Below, one piece after another: positions 49,501-61,349 of a DNA stretch of 64,000 nt (its first letter is position 1; each line of letters begins with the position of its first letter). The notes beneath the pieces were generated by a model. The model did no database searches, was not told the DNA's origin, and saw nothing but the letters and a program-made list of their open reading frames with translations. Both the position numbers and the translations under genes were made by a program. This DNA is from Macrostomum hystrix (lineage: Eukaryota; Animalia; Platyhelminthes), in assembly GCA_950097015.1 (NCBI GenBank), contig CATNEN010000028.1, positions 744,001 through 808,000 of the forward strand, written 5' to 3'.

Positions 49501-52160
49501 AATTTAGGATCTAAAAAAGAGATCCCAAATTGAGGATAATGAAAAAGATCCCAAATTGAGGATCTAAAAAAGAGATCCCAAATTGAGGATAATAAAATGA
49601 GATCCCAAATTGAGGATCTAAAAAAGAGATCCCAAATTGAGGATGATAAAAAATATCCCAAATTGAGGATAATAAAAAGATCCCAAATTAAGGATGATAA
49701 AAAGAGATCCCAAATAGAGGATAATAAAAAAGATCCCAAATTGAGGATAATAAAAAGAGATCCCAAATTTAGGATCTAAAAAAGAGATCCCAAATTGAGG
49801 ATAATGAAAAAGATCCCAAATTGAGGATCTAAAAAAGAGATCCCAAATTGAGGATAATAAAAAAGATCCCAAATTGAGGATAATAAAAAACCCCAAATAG
49901 AGAATGATAAAATAAGATCCCAAATTGAGGATGATAAAAAAGATCCCAAATTGAGGATGATAAAAAGAGATCCCAAATTAAGGATGATAAAAAGAGATCC
50001 CAAATAGAGGATAATAAAAAAGATCCCAAATTGAGGATAATAAAAAGAGATCCCAAATTGAGGATAATAAAAAAGATCCCAAATAGAGGATAATAAAAAA
50101 GATCCCAAATTGAGGATAATAAAAAGAGATCCCAAATTTAGGATCTAAAAAAGAGATCCCAAATTGAGGATAATAAAAAAGATCCCAAATTAAGGATAAT
50201 AAAAAAGATCCCAAATTGAGGATGATAAAATAAGATCCCAAATTGAGGATGATAAAAAAGATCCCAAATTGAGGATGATAAAATAAGATCCCAAATTGAG
50301 GATAATAAAAAGAGATCCTAAAATGAGGATCTAAAAAAGATCGCTTTTTGGATTCAAAATACATAAATGTCCCAAATTAAGGACCAATATCTATTGAATC
50401 CTAGTTCATCAGGATCATTAGACAGGCATCCAATCCAACAATCTCTCACCTTGTAACCAAGCGACTCAAAATAGACGGAAGTGGCTGAGACTCGCTTCTG
50501 CGGGCTGGCGAAACCGTGCGTCAGGTGGCCACCGTCGGGCAGGTCGAGGCCCATGAACCGATCGTGCGGCTTCAGCAGGCCGGTGTAGGCGGCGAAGTTG
50601 GCCGGACTGCCCGAGTAGGGCTGCACATTGACGCCCCAACGCTGCGGATCCAGGCCGAAGCAGGACAGCAGGCGGGACTGCGCCAGCAGCTCGATGCGGT
50701 CGACCACCTCGTTGCCGCCGTAGTACCTGATTCACGCGATCGACAACTAAACTAGATCAGAGCTATTTTAATACGAGACAATGGGATAACACGACAGGCA
50801 GAAAGGATGTGCGGGGAACAAGACAGTAACTAACGAATAGAGGGGATAACTAACGAATAGGCATTGGGGATAACTAAGGAATTGGCAGTAAGGATAACTA
50901 ACGAATAGAGGGGATAACTAACAAAAAGGCATTGGGGATAACTAAGGAATTGGCAGTAAGGATAACTAACGAATAGAGGGGATAACTAACAAAAAGGCAT
51001 TGGGGATAACTAAGGAATTGGCAGTAGGGATAACTAACAAAAAAGGCATTGGGGATAACTAAGGAATTGGCAGTAAGGATAACTAACGAATAGGCAGTGA
51101 GGATAACTAAGGAATTGGCAGTAAGGACAACTAACGAATAGGCAGTAGGGACAACTAACGAATAGGCAGTGGGGATAACTAACGAAAAGGCAGTAGGGAC
51201 AACTAACGAATAGGAAGTAGGGACAACTAACGAATAGGAAGTAGGGACAACTAACGAATAGGAAGTAGGGACAACTAACGAATAGAAAGTAGGGATAACT
51301 AACGAATAAGAAGTAGGGATAACTAACGAATAGGAAGTAGGGACAACTAACGAATAGGAAGTAGGGACAACTAACGAATAGAAAGTAGGGATAACTAACG
51401 AATAGGAAGTAGGGACAACTAACGAATAGGAAGTAGGGATAACTAACGAATAGGAAGTAGGGATAACTAACGAATAGGAAGTAGGGACAACTAACGAATA
51501 GGTAGTAGGGATAACTAACGAATAGGAAGTAGGGACAACTAACGAATAGAAAGTAGGGATAACTAACGAATAGGAAGTAGGGATAACTAACGAATAGGAA
51601 GTAGGGACAACTAACGAATAGGAAGTAGTGACAACTAACGAATAGAAAGTAGGGATAACTAACGAATAGGAAGTAGGGATAACTAACGAATAGGAAGTAG
51701 GGACAACTAACGAATAGGAAGTAGGGACAACTAACGAATAAGAAGTGGGGACAACTAACGAATAGGCAGTGGGAAAAACTAACGAATAGGAAGTAGGGAT
51801 AACTAACGAATAGGCAGTGGGAAAAACTAACGAAAAACTACTGGAATAAGGCCAGTTTGGAAGTGGCTTTACAGGTGTGCAGGCGCAACAAGCAGCAGAG
51901 AGCATACACAATTCGCACCTGGCACCCGGGTAGCCCTCTGCGTATTTGTTGGTTAGGCAAGAGCCGGCGCATTGCATCACAGCCCGGCTAGTGAAATTCT
52001 CCGATGCGATCAGCTCAAGGCCGCTGAATTGGCGCCGTTTCTCTTCCTGAATGAGCGACCACAGTTGGGGATCGCTGGTTGCTAAGGACTCTCGCCCAGT
52101 CCAGGCGGCCGTTGCTAGCCGACGTGCCGCTGGCCCAGTGAAAAATTGGCGCATTAGCAT
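46541..52160 (-). CDS. SHMT2: Serine hydroxymethyltransferase, mitochondrial type, 487 aa, 6 exons
   Basis: Exons 52160-51919, 50726-50450, 48911-48423, 48161-47942, 47418-47311 and 46668-46541 total 1464 nt, all GT-AG and in phase. Motifs [42 protein letters not shown] lysine [20 protein letters not shown]. The Arg/Ala-rich N-terminus suggests mitochondrial targeting; isoform type is inferred. Confidence 0.96.
46690..47150. repeat. 23-bp minisatellite (CACTAGCAACTGACAATGTCTGA) in the last SHMT intron
   Basis: Directly visible; begins about 20 nt from the acceptor. Confidence 0.96.
47490..47615 (+). mobile_element. Fragment of a second SINE-like family
   Basis: B-box-like AGTTCGAACC, followed by GAGTCATTGAGCAAGAAACTTTA and CCCCAGTCCACGAACTG, which resemble body motifs common in metazoan tRNA-SINEs (recalled similarity, not searched). 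Confidence 0.35.
47621..47870 (+). mobile_element. tRNA-derived SINE, copy C, in SHMT intron 4
   Basis: TGGCAGAGTGGTTAAGG A box, AGTTCGATTCC B box, and the same central hairpin and tail as copies A and B. Confidence 0.8.
48180..48335. repeat. 21-bp degenerate minisatellite (GTCAGATGTAGTGAGTCAGGT) in SHMT intron 3
   Basis: Directly visible. Confidence 0.88.
49090..50345. repeat. 26-28-bp minisatellite (GAGATCCCAAATTGAGGAT[C/AA]TAAAAA) in SHMT intron 2, with a 265-bp higher-order repeat
   Basis: Identical ORFs at 49332 and 49597. Confidence 0.96.
50820..51835. repeat. 24-bp minisatellite (ATAACTAACGAATAGGAAGTAGGG) in SHMT intron 1
   Basis: Directly visible; it extends the exon-1 reading frame into the spurious 425-aa ORF. 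Confidence 0.96.
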
Positions 52161-52299
52161 GATAGGCGACTGCAAAATTCTTGCTCATTAGTTCCAGTTC
52201 TTGGCAGGCAAGGCCAAAGAAAAATAATCGCGACCGTAAATATCTGATTGAATATGCCAAGTAAAACTAAAGCAAAATGAGTAATGGGACGTACAGTCC

Positions 52300-52850
52300 T
52301 TACAGCCAGCCAATGAGAAACCAGGTCTGGGACAGAGGAGTGAGGAGATGATCCATAATTTGAGACAGCCAATAGAAACCGGATCTGAGACGGGGACTGA
52401 GGTGGATAGACGAGCCAATCAGGCAGCCAATAAGAATTGATACACAGAGGAGTGAGGTGGATGAATACTCATTAGACAGCCAATGACAACTAGATCTGGG
52501 ACAGAGGGGTGGGGTGGATGAATAATCATTAGACAGCCAATAACAATCAGAGCTGACACAGAGGAGTGAGGTGGATAAGTAAGTTCATGAGATAGCCAAT
52601 GACAACCAGCGCTGGGACAGAGGAGTGAGGTGGATGAATAATCGTTAGACAGCCAATAACAACCAGCGCTGGGACAGAGGAGTGAGGTGGATGAATAATC
52701 ATTATACAGCCAATAACAACCAGCGCTGGGACAGAGGAGTGAGGTGGATGAATAATCATTAGACAGCCAATAACAATCAGAGCTGACACAGAGGAGTGAG
52801 GTGGATAAGTAATCATTAGACAGCCAATGACAACCAGAGCTGGGACAAAG
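52300..52850. repeat. 57-bp minisatellite carrying one CAGCCAAT per unit, immediately upstream of SHMT
   Basis: Unit GGGACAGAGGAGTGAGGTGGATGAATAATCATTAGACAGCCAATAACAACCAGCGCT. Confidence 0.9.
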
Positions 52851-53798
52851 GATTCAGGTTTTCTTAGGTTTTTAGACTGCAAATCAGATTCGATTAAGAA
52901 GTCAATTAACAGGCAGCCAACAAAAAGCCAGATCTAGAACCAAGGAGTGAGGCGTATACTTCGTAAATTAAGACAGCCAATCACAATTAAAAATAAGGCA
53001 GTCACATGTAGACAGTCACAATCTAGATTAAATAATGTGATAGGTGTACGTGTCACCATCCATATCAGACGCTAATAGGAAGCTGGAGTGATAATCCAAT
53101 CAGATTAGAAAAAATTGGGGGAGGTGGGTGAATAGCATTTTAGTGGCAGCCAATCAGAAATTAAGTTAGAGGGTTGAGGAGGGTGCTTGCTGTAGCCAAC
53201 AGCTATTAGAAAGCCAGATAAGACTGAGTACTTTGATGTTTATAGAACCGTTCCTCACAACCAAACAGAACTAGGCGAGTGTAAAGAAACGATTAATTGA
53301 TTACTAACTGAAACTAGCTTTATTAAATATAGTATTACTTTGCTATGAGTTCAAGAAGAAAACAAACAATACATTTTTAGAATAACAATTTATCAGCGTT
53401 TCTGCAGTAACCGTTTGCGTGTGTATTACTTATGCGGATGTTGTCTTTCTTGATTGACGGAACAAAACGGAAAAGGTTTTGGTAAAACCCAGTGAAGTAA
53501 CATGACCAAGGCTTTCAGTCAGTAAGATGTTGGACACAAAACTTAGCGGAATAATCTTTTGCAGAAGGTTGGTTCGCAAATTGTGAACTTTTATTTATTT
53601 AGCTACGGAGTTTATTTATCAATAATAATATAAAGCATGGCGAACTAGAGCTACCCTTAAATTGTAATAGTTTGTGGTGGCTAAATTTCTAATGTCTTCC
53701 TATTAGAAGTCTATATCTTCAGTCCAGTTGATTCCTACGGTAACCTAACATTAAAGCAAGTTTCGCATTCTACACGGTTAGGTTTCATGAAGCATGGT

Positions 53799-54733
53799 TC
53801 ACTCGAACTGGCCCTGCTCCGGGTGCACATACATCTCAGGCTTATTGTAGCCCATCTCTTCCACAGAGCTGATGCCCAGTTCGGCCAGGGTTGGCTTGAT
53901 CTGCTGCATCATCCATGGCCAGATCACCTTGGTCTGAGGGCCGCACTTTAACTGCAATGTTTTTTGTAGTGAGGGATCAAGCATTTAGGGGATTTTAGAG
54001 GCCTACTAAATGATTCAGGGATTATACTGGCCAACTGGAGAATCAGGGGTTACAGTAGCATATTTGGGAATCAGGGATTACAGTAGAGAATTAGGGATTA
54101 CAATGGAGAATCGGGGATTACAGCGGAGAATCAGGGATTAAAGTGGCATATTTGGGAATCAGGGATTAAAGTGGCATATTTGGGAATCAGGGATTGCAGT
54201 GGCCTATTGGAGAGTCAAAGATTACAGTGTAGAATCAGGGATTACAGTAGAGAATTAGGGATTACAGTCGAGACTTAGGGATTATAGTGGAGAATCAAGG
54301 ATTACAGTAGAGAATTAGGGATTACAGTCGAGACTTAGGGATTATAGTGGAGAATCAGGGATTGCAGTGGAGAATCAGGGATTATAGTTGCCTACTCAAA
54401 TGATAGAAAGGCTTGTCCACGCACGTGTGTAGCTTCAAGGAACCTGACAGCCAGTCCGTAATCGTTGACACGCCTGCAGGCCTTGAGCGCGGCGACGACG
54501 AGCTCAGGCTCAGGGACCAGATCCTCCGAGTACAGATCATGCATGGCCTTGCGGATTACCCAGCCGTCACTCTGGGGGCTGTTGAAAATGGCCAGGTATT
54601 TGGCATCGAATTCGGCGGGGGTGAGCTTGGGTGCCTCGCTCAGCTGCCTGCTGATAATAGGCAGTGGCTTGGCAGCCAGCAGGGAACCGCCCTGCCGAAG
54701 CAGGTTGACCGTAGTAGCAACAGCGCGGTACAT
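53799..54733 (-). CDS. COX5A: Cytochrome c oxidase subunit 5A, 153 aa, 2 exons
   Basis: Exons 54733-54425 and 53951-53799 (phase 0). Motifs EFDAKY, DLVPEPELVVAALKACRRVNDYGLAVRFLEA and IKPTLAELGISSVEEMGYNKPE; N-terminal presequence. Confidence 0.95.
54010..54390. repeat. 20-22-bp minisatellite (GGGATTACAGTGGAGAATCA) filling the COX5A intron
   Basis: Directly visible. Confidence 0.93.
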
Positions 54734-56960
54734 TTTGCTATTGAAGCTGTAGAAAGATTGACATTAAAATATTCATGTTAATAACCAGTTCATGATATTT
54801 ACATGGCAAGTCAGTTGTTATTAATTGCAGGCTAAATTGTATTTTACTATTTTTAAGATAAAAGCACGAATATAATACTCATTAAATTACTCTAGGAAGA
54901 AGATTAAGTAGCAAATCAGCTAACTGACAAAATAATTTTCATTAATATTTAGACTTTATAGAGACCATTTTTTCACTTCCTAAAAGTAAATAGTAGAGCA
55001 AAAAATGGTGTAGCTTAGCTTTGAGTATAATAATGTATTATTATAGGTAGTTAAAAAATTATGCACAATAATTTTAGTGCTTGTTTAAACTAACCCAAAG
55101 TTTTGCTAATAAAACTCATTGAATTTAAGGCCATAAAGTCTCAGCGATATTTATAGAGATGAATGATATTTATTGTAGTTAATAGTACTTTACCTACTAA
55201 TTCCAGTCTAGTTATGTTAATAATAGCCTAGATAGAGAAATAATACAGTAACTAACTTATATAGGACCTAGAAAGTACAAACAAAGCTGGCATAGTTTTT
55301 TAGTCAAGTAAGTCAGTTAGCTAATTAGCCAATTAGCTCGCAGTTCGTTGTATTTGGAGAGACGATGACTACCTGAATGTGGTTCTATGTGTTACACTGC
55401 ATAAACATTTTCTAAATCAGAAAAAACTAACTGAAAACTGAGTTCAAATAGGCATAAATGTCTAGTTGTGAGAACTGATTGACTTGTAAAACAAAACCAA
55501 AGCTAAAACAATTATTTTCTAAAATAACATAAAAATAAATCATTCTTGAAGTGTTCAATTCCTATTAATTTTCAACTAATGACAAGCCAATTTCTGATAT
55601 ATTTTCCTACTTCTGGTTGGAAAAAACTAAGTTGAAACCAAGTTAATAAACTGATTTGAAACCCATTATCTCTAATCATCTCATTAATGTTAACGATTTC
55701 TGTGGTGCCCACTTATTTACATTTTAGATATCTAAAATGTTATAGTTATAAGTCATTAATAATTGCTTCCTGCTTTACTTAGTACAACTAAGTTTTCCAA
55801 CTCAATGAAATGAATTTAACAACAGCTATTTCATAAAAAACTACTGTTAATTTTTTCTCATTTGGAATGCTACAGGAATATCTTTTAAAGTTTTTTAAAA
55901 CTCTTTTTTAATTGGCATTTGCTGACTAGAAAGTGTGTGGTCTGAATGGTCTGAATATCAGTCAGAATTGTAGTTGTCAATTGTCAGAAAGTCAAATAGG
56001 AAGGCTTTAGGAATGGTTTTTAAGTGGATTCAATAAAAGTTTGATTTTGTTTTCATTCCTTTTAGTCTTGTTTTGCCAAAATTGAAATGCTTCATCCATT
56101 TGAACTAGGCTCCCAGTTTTTCTGAGTTGGAAAAATTTTTTACAACGTGCTTTTGTAAAAACATTTTTGTAACAAATTGTGGTCTATATAGATAATATTA
56201 ATGTGCTCAAAGAAAACAATTGATATAAGTTTGCTTGCAAGCCTATATCTTGATAGTGTATTGACACATTTTTAGATTCACTCCAATAGGGTGCTGAACT
56301 GCATTGAAATACCACCAAATCTCAGTCTTAATGTGCCAACAGTTTTCTTGGATAGCTGAGCATATGAAATCTTGGCAGTTTCCTTTTTTGTTTCTTAAAT
56401 TGTTTCAGTTCAAAATCTTGTTTGAACTGTACTTTGTACTGTGTGGTTTCACCACTAATTTTTTAATTTACTATTTCTAGATCAAGTGATTATTAAATTA
56501 TTTAAGAAAAATTAAAAAGCAATGTATATCAGTTTGGGTACAAATTTGTACTTAACAATTTTAAAAAGGGAAAATTGGCATATATTTTACAATGCAAAAT
56601 GAAAATATGCAATTAGTATGACAAATGCAGCAAAAACTGACTGTCTCCAGTCTTATGTTAAGTAAAGAAAGCAATTAACTTTTCAGTTCAAAATGTGTTG
56701 GCTTGTACTTTAGAAATGTGCAGTCGATTATACATAATAACTACTGACTCTTGTCTTGCTGGCTTGCCCTTGCCTTAGCTAGTAAATAAATTAGTGTGTA
56801 AATGTATACACAGCTCCCATGGAGAATCATCAAGGCCTAGCTAAACACAAGGCCTAGCTAGATATGAAGAAATGTTTGATTTTTCCTAATCTGAAAAAAA
56901 AAATTATAGACTTGTTTAATCTTAACACTACATTAAGTTCATTTCAACACTAACACTAAC

Positions 56961-57409
56961 GGTACCTGGACACTTCGTCATCTTACAACTTCGTCATCCA
57001 GATGACGATCTGTCCAATATCTCAGAGGGTGGATGACGAAGAGACTTAGACTTGTGGACACTTCGTCATCTATAAAACAAAAGTTTTCAAAGTTAGAACA
57101 GAACCACCCCTCCCCACCTCCTTACGAGTCACATCGTGTTGGCACCTATCTTTCAACTCTTATAATGAAATCAGTTTTGACACCTCTTTTTGCCAATTTA
57201 GAGTGTAAAGTGTGTTCACACCTCTGCCCCACCACCACCACCCCACCCTCACTTTCTTGATGACAAACTTGATTGCTTGTTATTAGTAGATGATGAACTG
57301 ACCAAACTTTAAAGCATGCCAATTGGCTGGATGACGAAGTGTCCTACCTTCCAAGTGGATGACGAAGTTGTAAGATGACGAAGTTGTAAGATGACGAAGT
57401 GTAGGATCC
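56961..57409. mobile_element. 449-bp non-autonomous TIR element (MITE) with 8-bp target-site duplication
   Basis: TSD ACACTAAC at 56953-56960 and 57410-57417. Ends are GGTACCTGGACACTTCGTCATCTTACAACTTCGTCATCCA and the reverse complement GGATCCTACACTTCGTCATCTTACAACTTCGTCATC. GG termini plus an 8-bp TSD are compatible with Merlin or MULE; superfamily unresolved. Confidence 0.85.
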
Positions 57410-57424
57410 ACACTAACAAGGCTA

Positions 57425-58680
57425 AGGGTGCGTTCGGGTAGCTTAAAATGACTTAAAATGAACTTAAACTGCAGTTTAAGTTAAACTTAAACCTCTTTAA
57501 TAAAACAAAAGCTAAACAGACTAAATGTCGAAATAAAGTAAAAAGATTGAAGCTGAATGGTTAAGTAGAATAACCGAATAATTAGTCTTTACATTTCCGT
57601 CTTGAAATTGTGTAGTTTTGGTATCAGATGTACAGTAGCCGTACGCGCACAAATTTGACTTTCGAACTTTCGCGTATTTTAATTTGAATATTAATATCAT
57701 TTAATTTAATTAGTGTGAACTCATTGTCTTGCTTCGCTTGTATTCTTCCAATTGATCATGTAGTGGTTATATTAAGGTCTTAATTTTCAGTAGTTACAGA
57801 AACCAATAAGTAAAGTTCAAGCGAAGTAAGACAATGACCATTGTTTCAATGAAGATGTAAATTTGTAGTTGTACTGAAATTCAGAGGATCAAAAAAGTTT
57901 TTAGATTATTTCTCCTGAAGTACTGAAAAAACACAATTTTTAGTTTGTTGAAACAGTGAAAATTCTGTGCACTGCGCATAAGTGTAAAAAGAGAAGTTTT
58001 GTGATTTTTGTGCAGAAATAAGTAAAAAGTAAATTTATAAAAAAGAATGTTTCTGTCGAAATTAAATGTTTCTATTTAATTACTAAGAAATATATCACTG
58101 GATTCGTCTTTTAATTTTGCATCGAATGACTTCAGTTACAGCTCTCAAAGTTTCTTCGGAGAAAAGATACTTGCATTTAAATGAGTATTTTAACCACGTA
58201 CATTTTTTCTTTTGATTTCTAGCTTCCTTCAGGCACGAGGCCACTAATGGATAAGAGACTTTCTGCTCAATCGAGCGGACTGGGTTCAAATCCCAGAAGC
58301 CAATAATTTTAAAAAATCAGGAGGCTTTTATCTATCACTGAAGTGTACTGCTTTTAATAATTTAATTTTCGCACATTTGCTAATATATTTGAAAAGACTG
58401 GGGTGTCCTACACATTCTAAATAAAATACGCGTACAAGTTTGCATGTCAAATTTGCGCCCATATGGCTACTGTACATCTGATACTAAAACTACACAATTT
58501 CAAGACGAGAATGTAAAGACTAATTATTCGTTTATTCTACTTAATCATTCAGCTTCACTCTTTTTACTTTATTTCGACATTTAGTCTGTTTAGCTTTTGT
58601 TTTATTAAAGAGGTTAAAATGAACTTAAACTGCAGTTTAAGTTCATTTTTAAGTCATTTTAAGCTACCCGAACGCACCCT
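57425..58680. mobile_element. 1256-bp non-autonomous DNA transposon with about 265-bp TIRs, PIF/Harbinger-like
   Basis: TA|AGGGTGCGTTCGGGTAGCTTAAAATGAC ... GTCATTTTAAGCTACCCGAACGCACCCT|TA. The terminal G(N)5GTT pattern and TA/TWA context fit PIF/Harbinger. No transposase ORF. Confidence 0.85.
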
Positions 58681-58950
58681 TAGAAACGATTTTAAAGAAA
58701 AACTAGCGACTCAAAAGAACAAAAAGAAATTTTTTTCCAAAAAACGAAAATGTATGTATATTTTTAATTTATATAGTTTAAAAACTTGAAACCGCTTTTA
58801 TATTTTAAAAAGTAGCAAAACATTTGATTATCTAATGTATAAAATGTTTAAAATTGCTTTTTTCTGCGAAATTTTTTCCTAAATGATTATCTTCTGAAGT
58901 TCTGATCAGATTTAGCTTTAGCTGGACATTACATGAACATAATTTAAATT

Positions 58951-61274
58951 ATGTCTTCAATCAAGGTAAATAAAAAATATATGCTATGTAAATAGCATGT
59001 TTATTAGTAAACCTCTAATTTTGAGCTTGCCGAGTTTTAGAACTTCTCTACATATATTTGAAATGAGATCCCATGAAGCTTAGATAGCAAGATTCTAAAA
59101 TTTAGCTATCAATTTAGACTAAGCTAATGTTTTAACAAAGAGCTTATGACAAGTTTGCTGTTGTAAACTTATTTCAACATTTGCATGAAGGACAATTTTA
59201 ATGAATACATAAAAATTGCATAAAAATCCTTACATAAAACTTAGTTTTAATAACAAGTTAAAATAAAATGAAACATAGAAATATTTATGACATTTTGCTT
59301 ATGCAATTGCGTATTTATATAGCCTAGACATGTTGTTTTCATTTTTAATTAACATTCAAACTTTTTATATCTGTAATAGCTATAAATTAGAGCCATGTTG
59401 ATCTAAATTGCAAGGTAAAACTCTTCCTCATACTCATATGACTCATTTCTATTAATCACACAAACTAGGTTGGCATCATTGGTGGCTCCGGTTTAGATAA
59501 CCCAGACTTGCTAGAGCACCGCACTGAGAAGTCTGTCACTACACCCTATGGCAAGCCATCTGATGTCCTGATTTGTGGCGAGATCAACTCTGTGTCCTGT
59601 GTTCTGTTAGCTAGGTAGGCTCTCGTTATTATTAGCTATATTATTTGCATGAAATACTACAGATCATATTGTGCCTCAATCCTCAGGCATGGTCGCCATC
59701 ACCAGTTCAATCCAACAAATGTTAACTATCGAGCCAATATTTGGGCATTGAAAGCCGAAGGATGCACACACATCTTGGCAACTTCAGCTTGCGGCGGCCT
59801 CCAGGTGATACAGCTCAATGAATTCAAAATAGTCTAAACAAGAAACAATTTTGGCCCTTAAAAACTTTTTGTTATTCCAGTAGAGGCCATAGATAATATG
59901 CTCGTATAGTTTATTTAATGAATTAAAATAATCAAATGACCAAATATACAAATGCACGGTCTTCTGTTTAAGAAACAAAAATAGTGGTCCTCATTTTTTA
60001 AGACCAAGATAGGGACCTCTATTTGAAGGATTAAGATAGCGGTCCTCCATCTTAAGGAACACATGAAAGCCAAATTTTTATAAGAATTTGTCACACCATA
60101 CAATGAGCAGCTTCCATTCGAACCCACCAGGAACACACTCACCCAGGAGATATTGTGCTGGTTGACCAATTCATCGATCGCACCCTGCACCGGACGCAGA
60201 CATTCTATGATGGCCAGCCAGGCCATCCCGAGGGTGTGTTCCACATCCCCATGGCTGAGCCATTCTGCGAACAGACCCGGGCCATTGTGAACGACGTCTG
60301 CCAGCAGCTTGGCATGCAGATTCATCCGCGTGGTACCGTGCTGACTATTGAAGGCCCGAGATTCTCGTCCAGAGCCGAGAGTAAGCTATGGCACGCCTGG
60401 GGCTGCGACGTCATCAATATGAGCACTGTGCCGGAGGTTGTGCTAGCTAAAGAGGCCGGTCTGTGCTACGCTCTAATCGCCATGGTAACCGATTATGACA
60501 GCTGGCGAGAGGATCAGGAACATGTGAGGACAATACTTTCTTGTATGAAGCGTCACCTTTTTTGGCATGCTCAATCGGCTATTCCCAATTAGGTTTCGAT
60601 ATGTCCGATATGTTATGAAAATAATAAATTTGTCTAAATCACCTACGCATTGTAGCAAAAAAGCGTCTTAAAATGAAGTTTAATTTTGTGTTATATATTA
60701 CTCTATATAGTACGAAAAATAGTAGCAAGCAGTAGATTTTGTAGACATTTTGTTTAACATCGCATAAGTATAATTTCCATTTTCAAACTATTGCAGCCTA
60801 TCCCTTTCCTCCTACTCATAAGTAGTGTTACTTGTGTAATTCTATTTTATGTTTACCTTATTGATGCAAATTTCTCATGTCAGAGGTCGTCTACTTGCAG
60901 TAGCTAGCATAGAGTTTTTAGCATGCTTATTAGAATTTTTATAAAAAATTGTATCCATCTACAAACCAGGTGTCAGTGGAGAAGGTGCTGAAGACCTTCA
61001 AGGAGAATGCTCACAAAGCTGAACTAATAATTCGCGAGGTGATTCCCCAGCTGGCTAAGAAAGATTGGACTGAGATTCTCCGACAGAAGGAGGTGAGAGG
61101 CATGTTTTGTATGCAACTTTTGTAACAATTCTAATTTGCAGGTATTTTCTGTTTCGAACCTTTTTTCTCTTGAACTTTTGCAAATCACAACAAGTTAAAT
61201 TTTATTAAAAACTACTTGTACAGGCGCTGGTGCAGGCTGGAAGGCAAGATGTTAAGCCTCTCAGCATGGAATAA
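58951..61274 (+). CDS. MTAP: S-methyl-5'-thioadenosine phosphorylase, 281 aa, 6 exons
   Basis: Exons 58951-58965, 59469-59614, 59687-59804, 60131-60523, 60970-61092 and 61224-61274 total 846 nt, all GT-AG and in phase. Motifs [68 protein letters not shown]. Confidence 0.96.
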
Positions 61275-61349
61275 ACTGCTGGTTGGCAATGTAAACAATT
61301 TAATAATTTTCTAATTCTGCCTCTCGTGTCTGTATTTCTCTATACTTAG

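Noticed and set aside
50898-51918. C-terminal part of the 425-aa ORF that begins with SHMT exon 1
   Set aside because: It is read-through into intron 1; the real donor is at 51918 and the rest is a 24-bp repeat.
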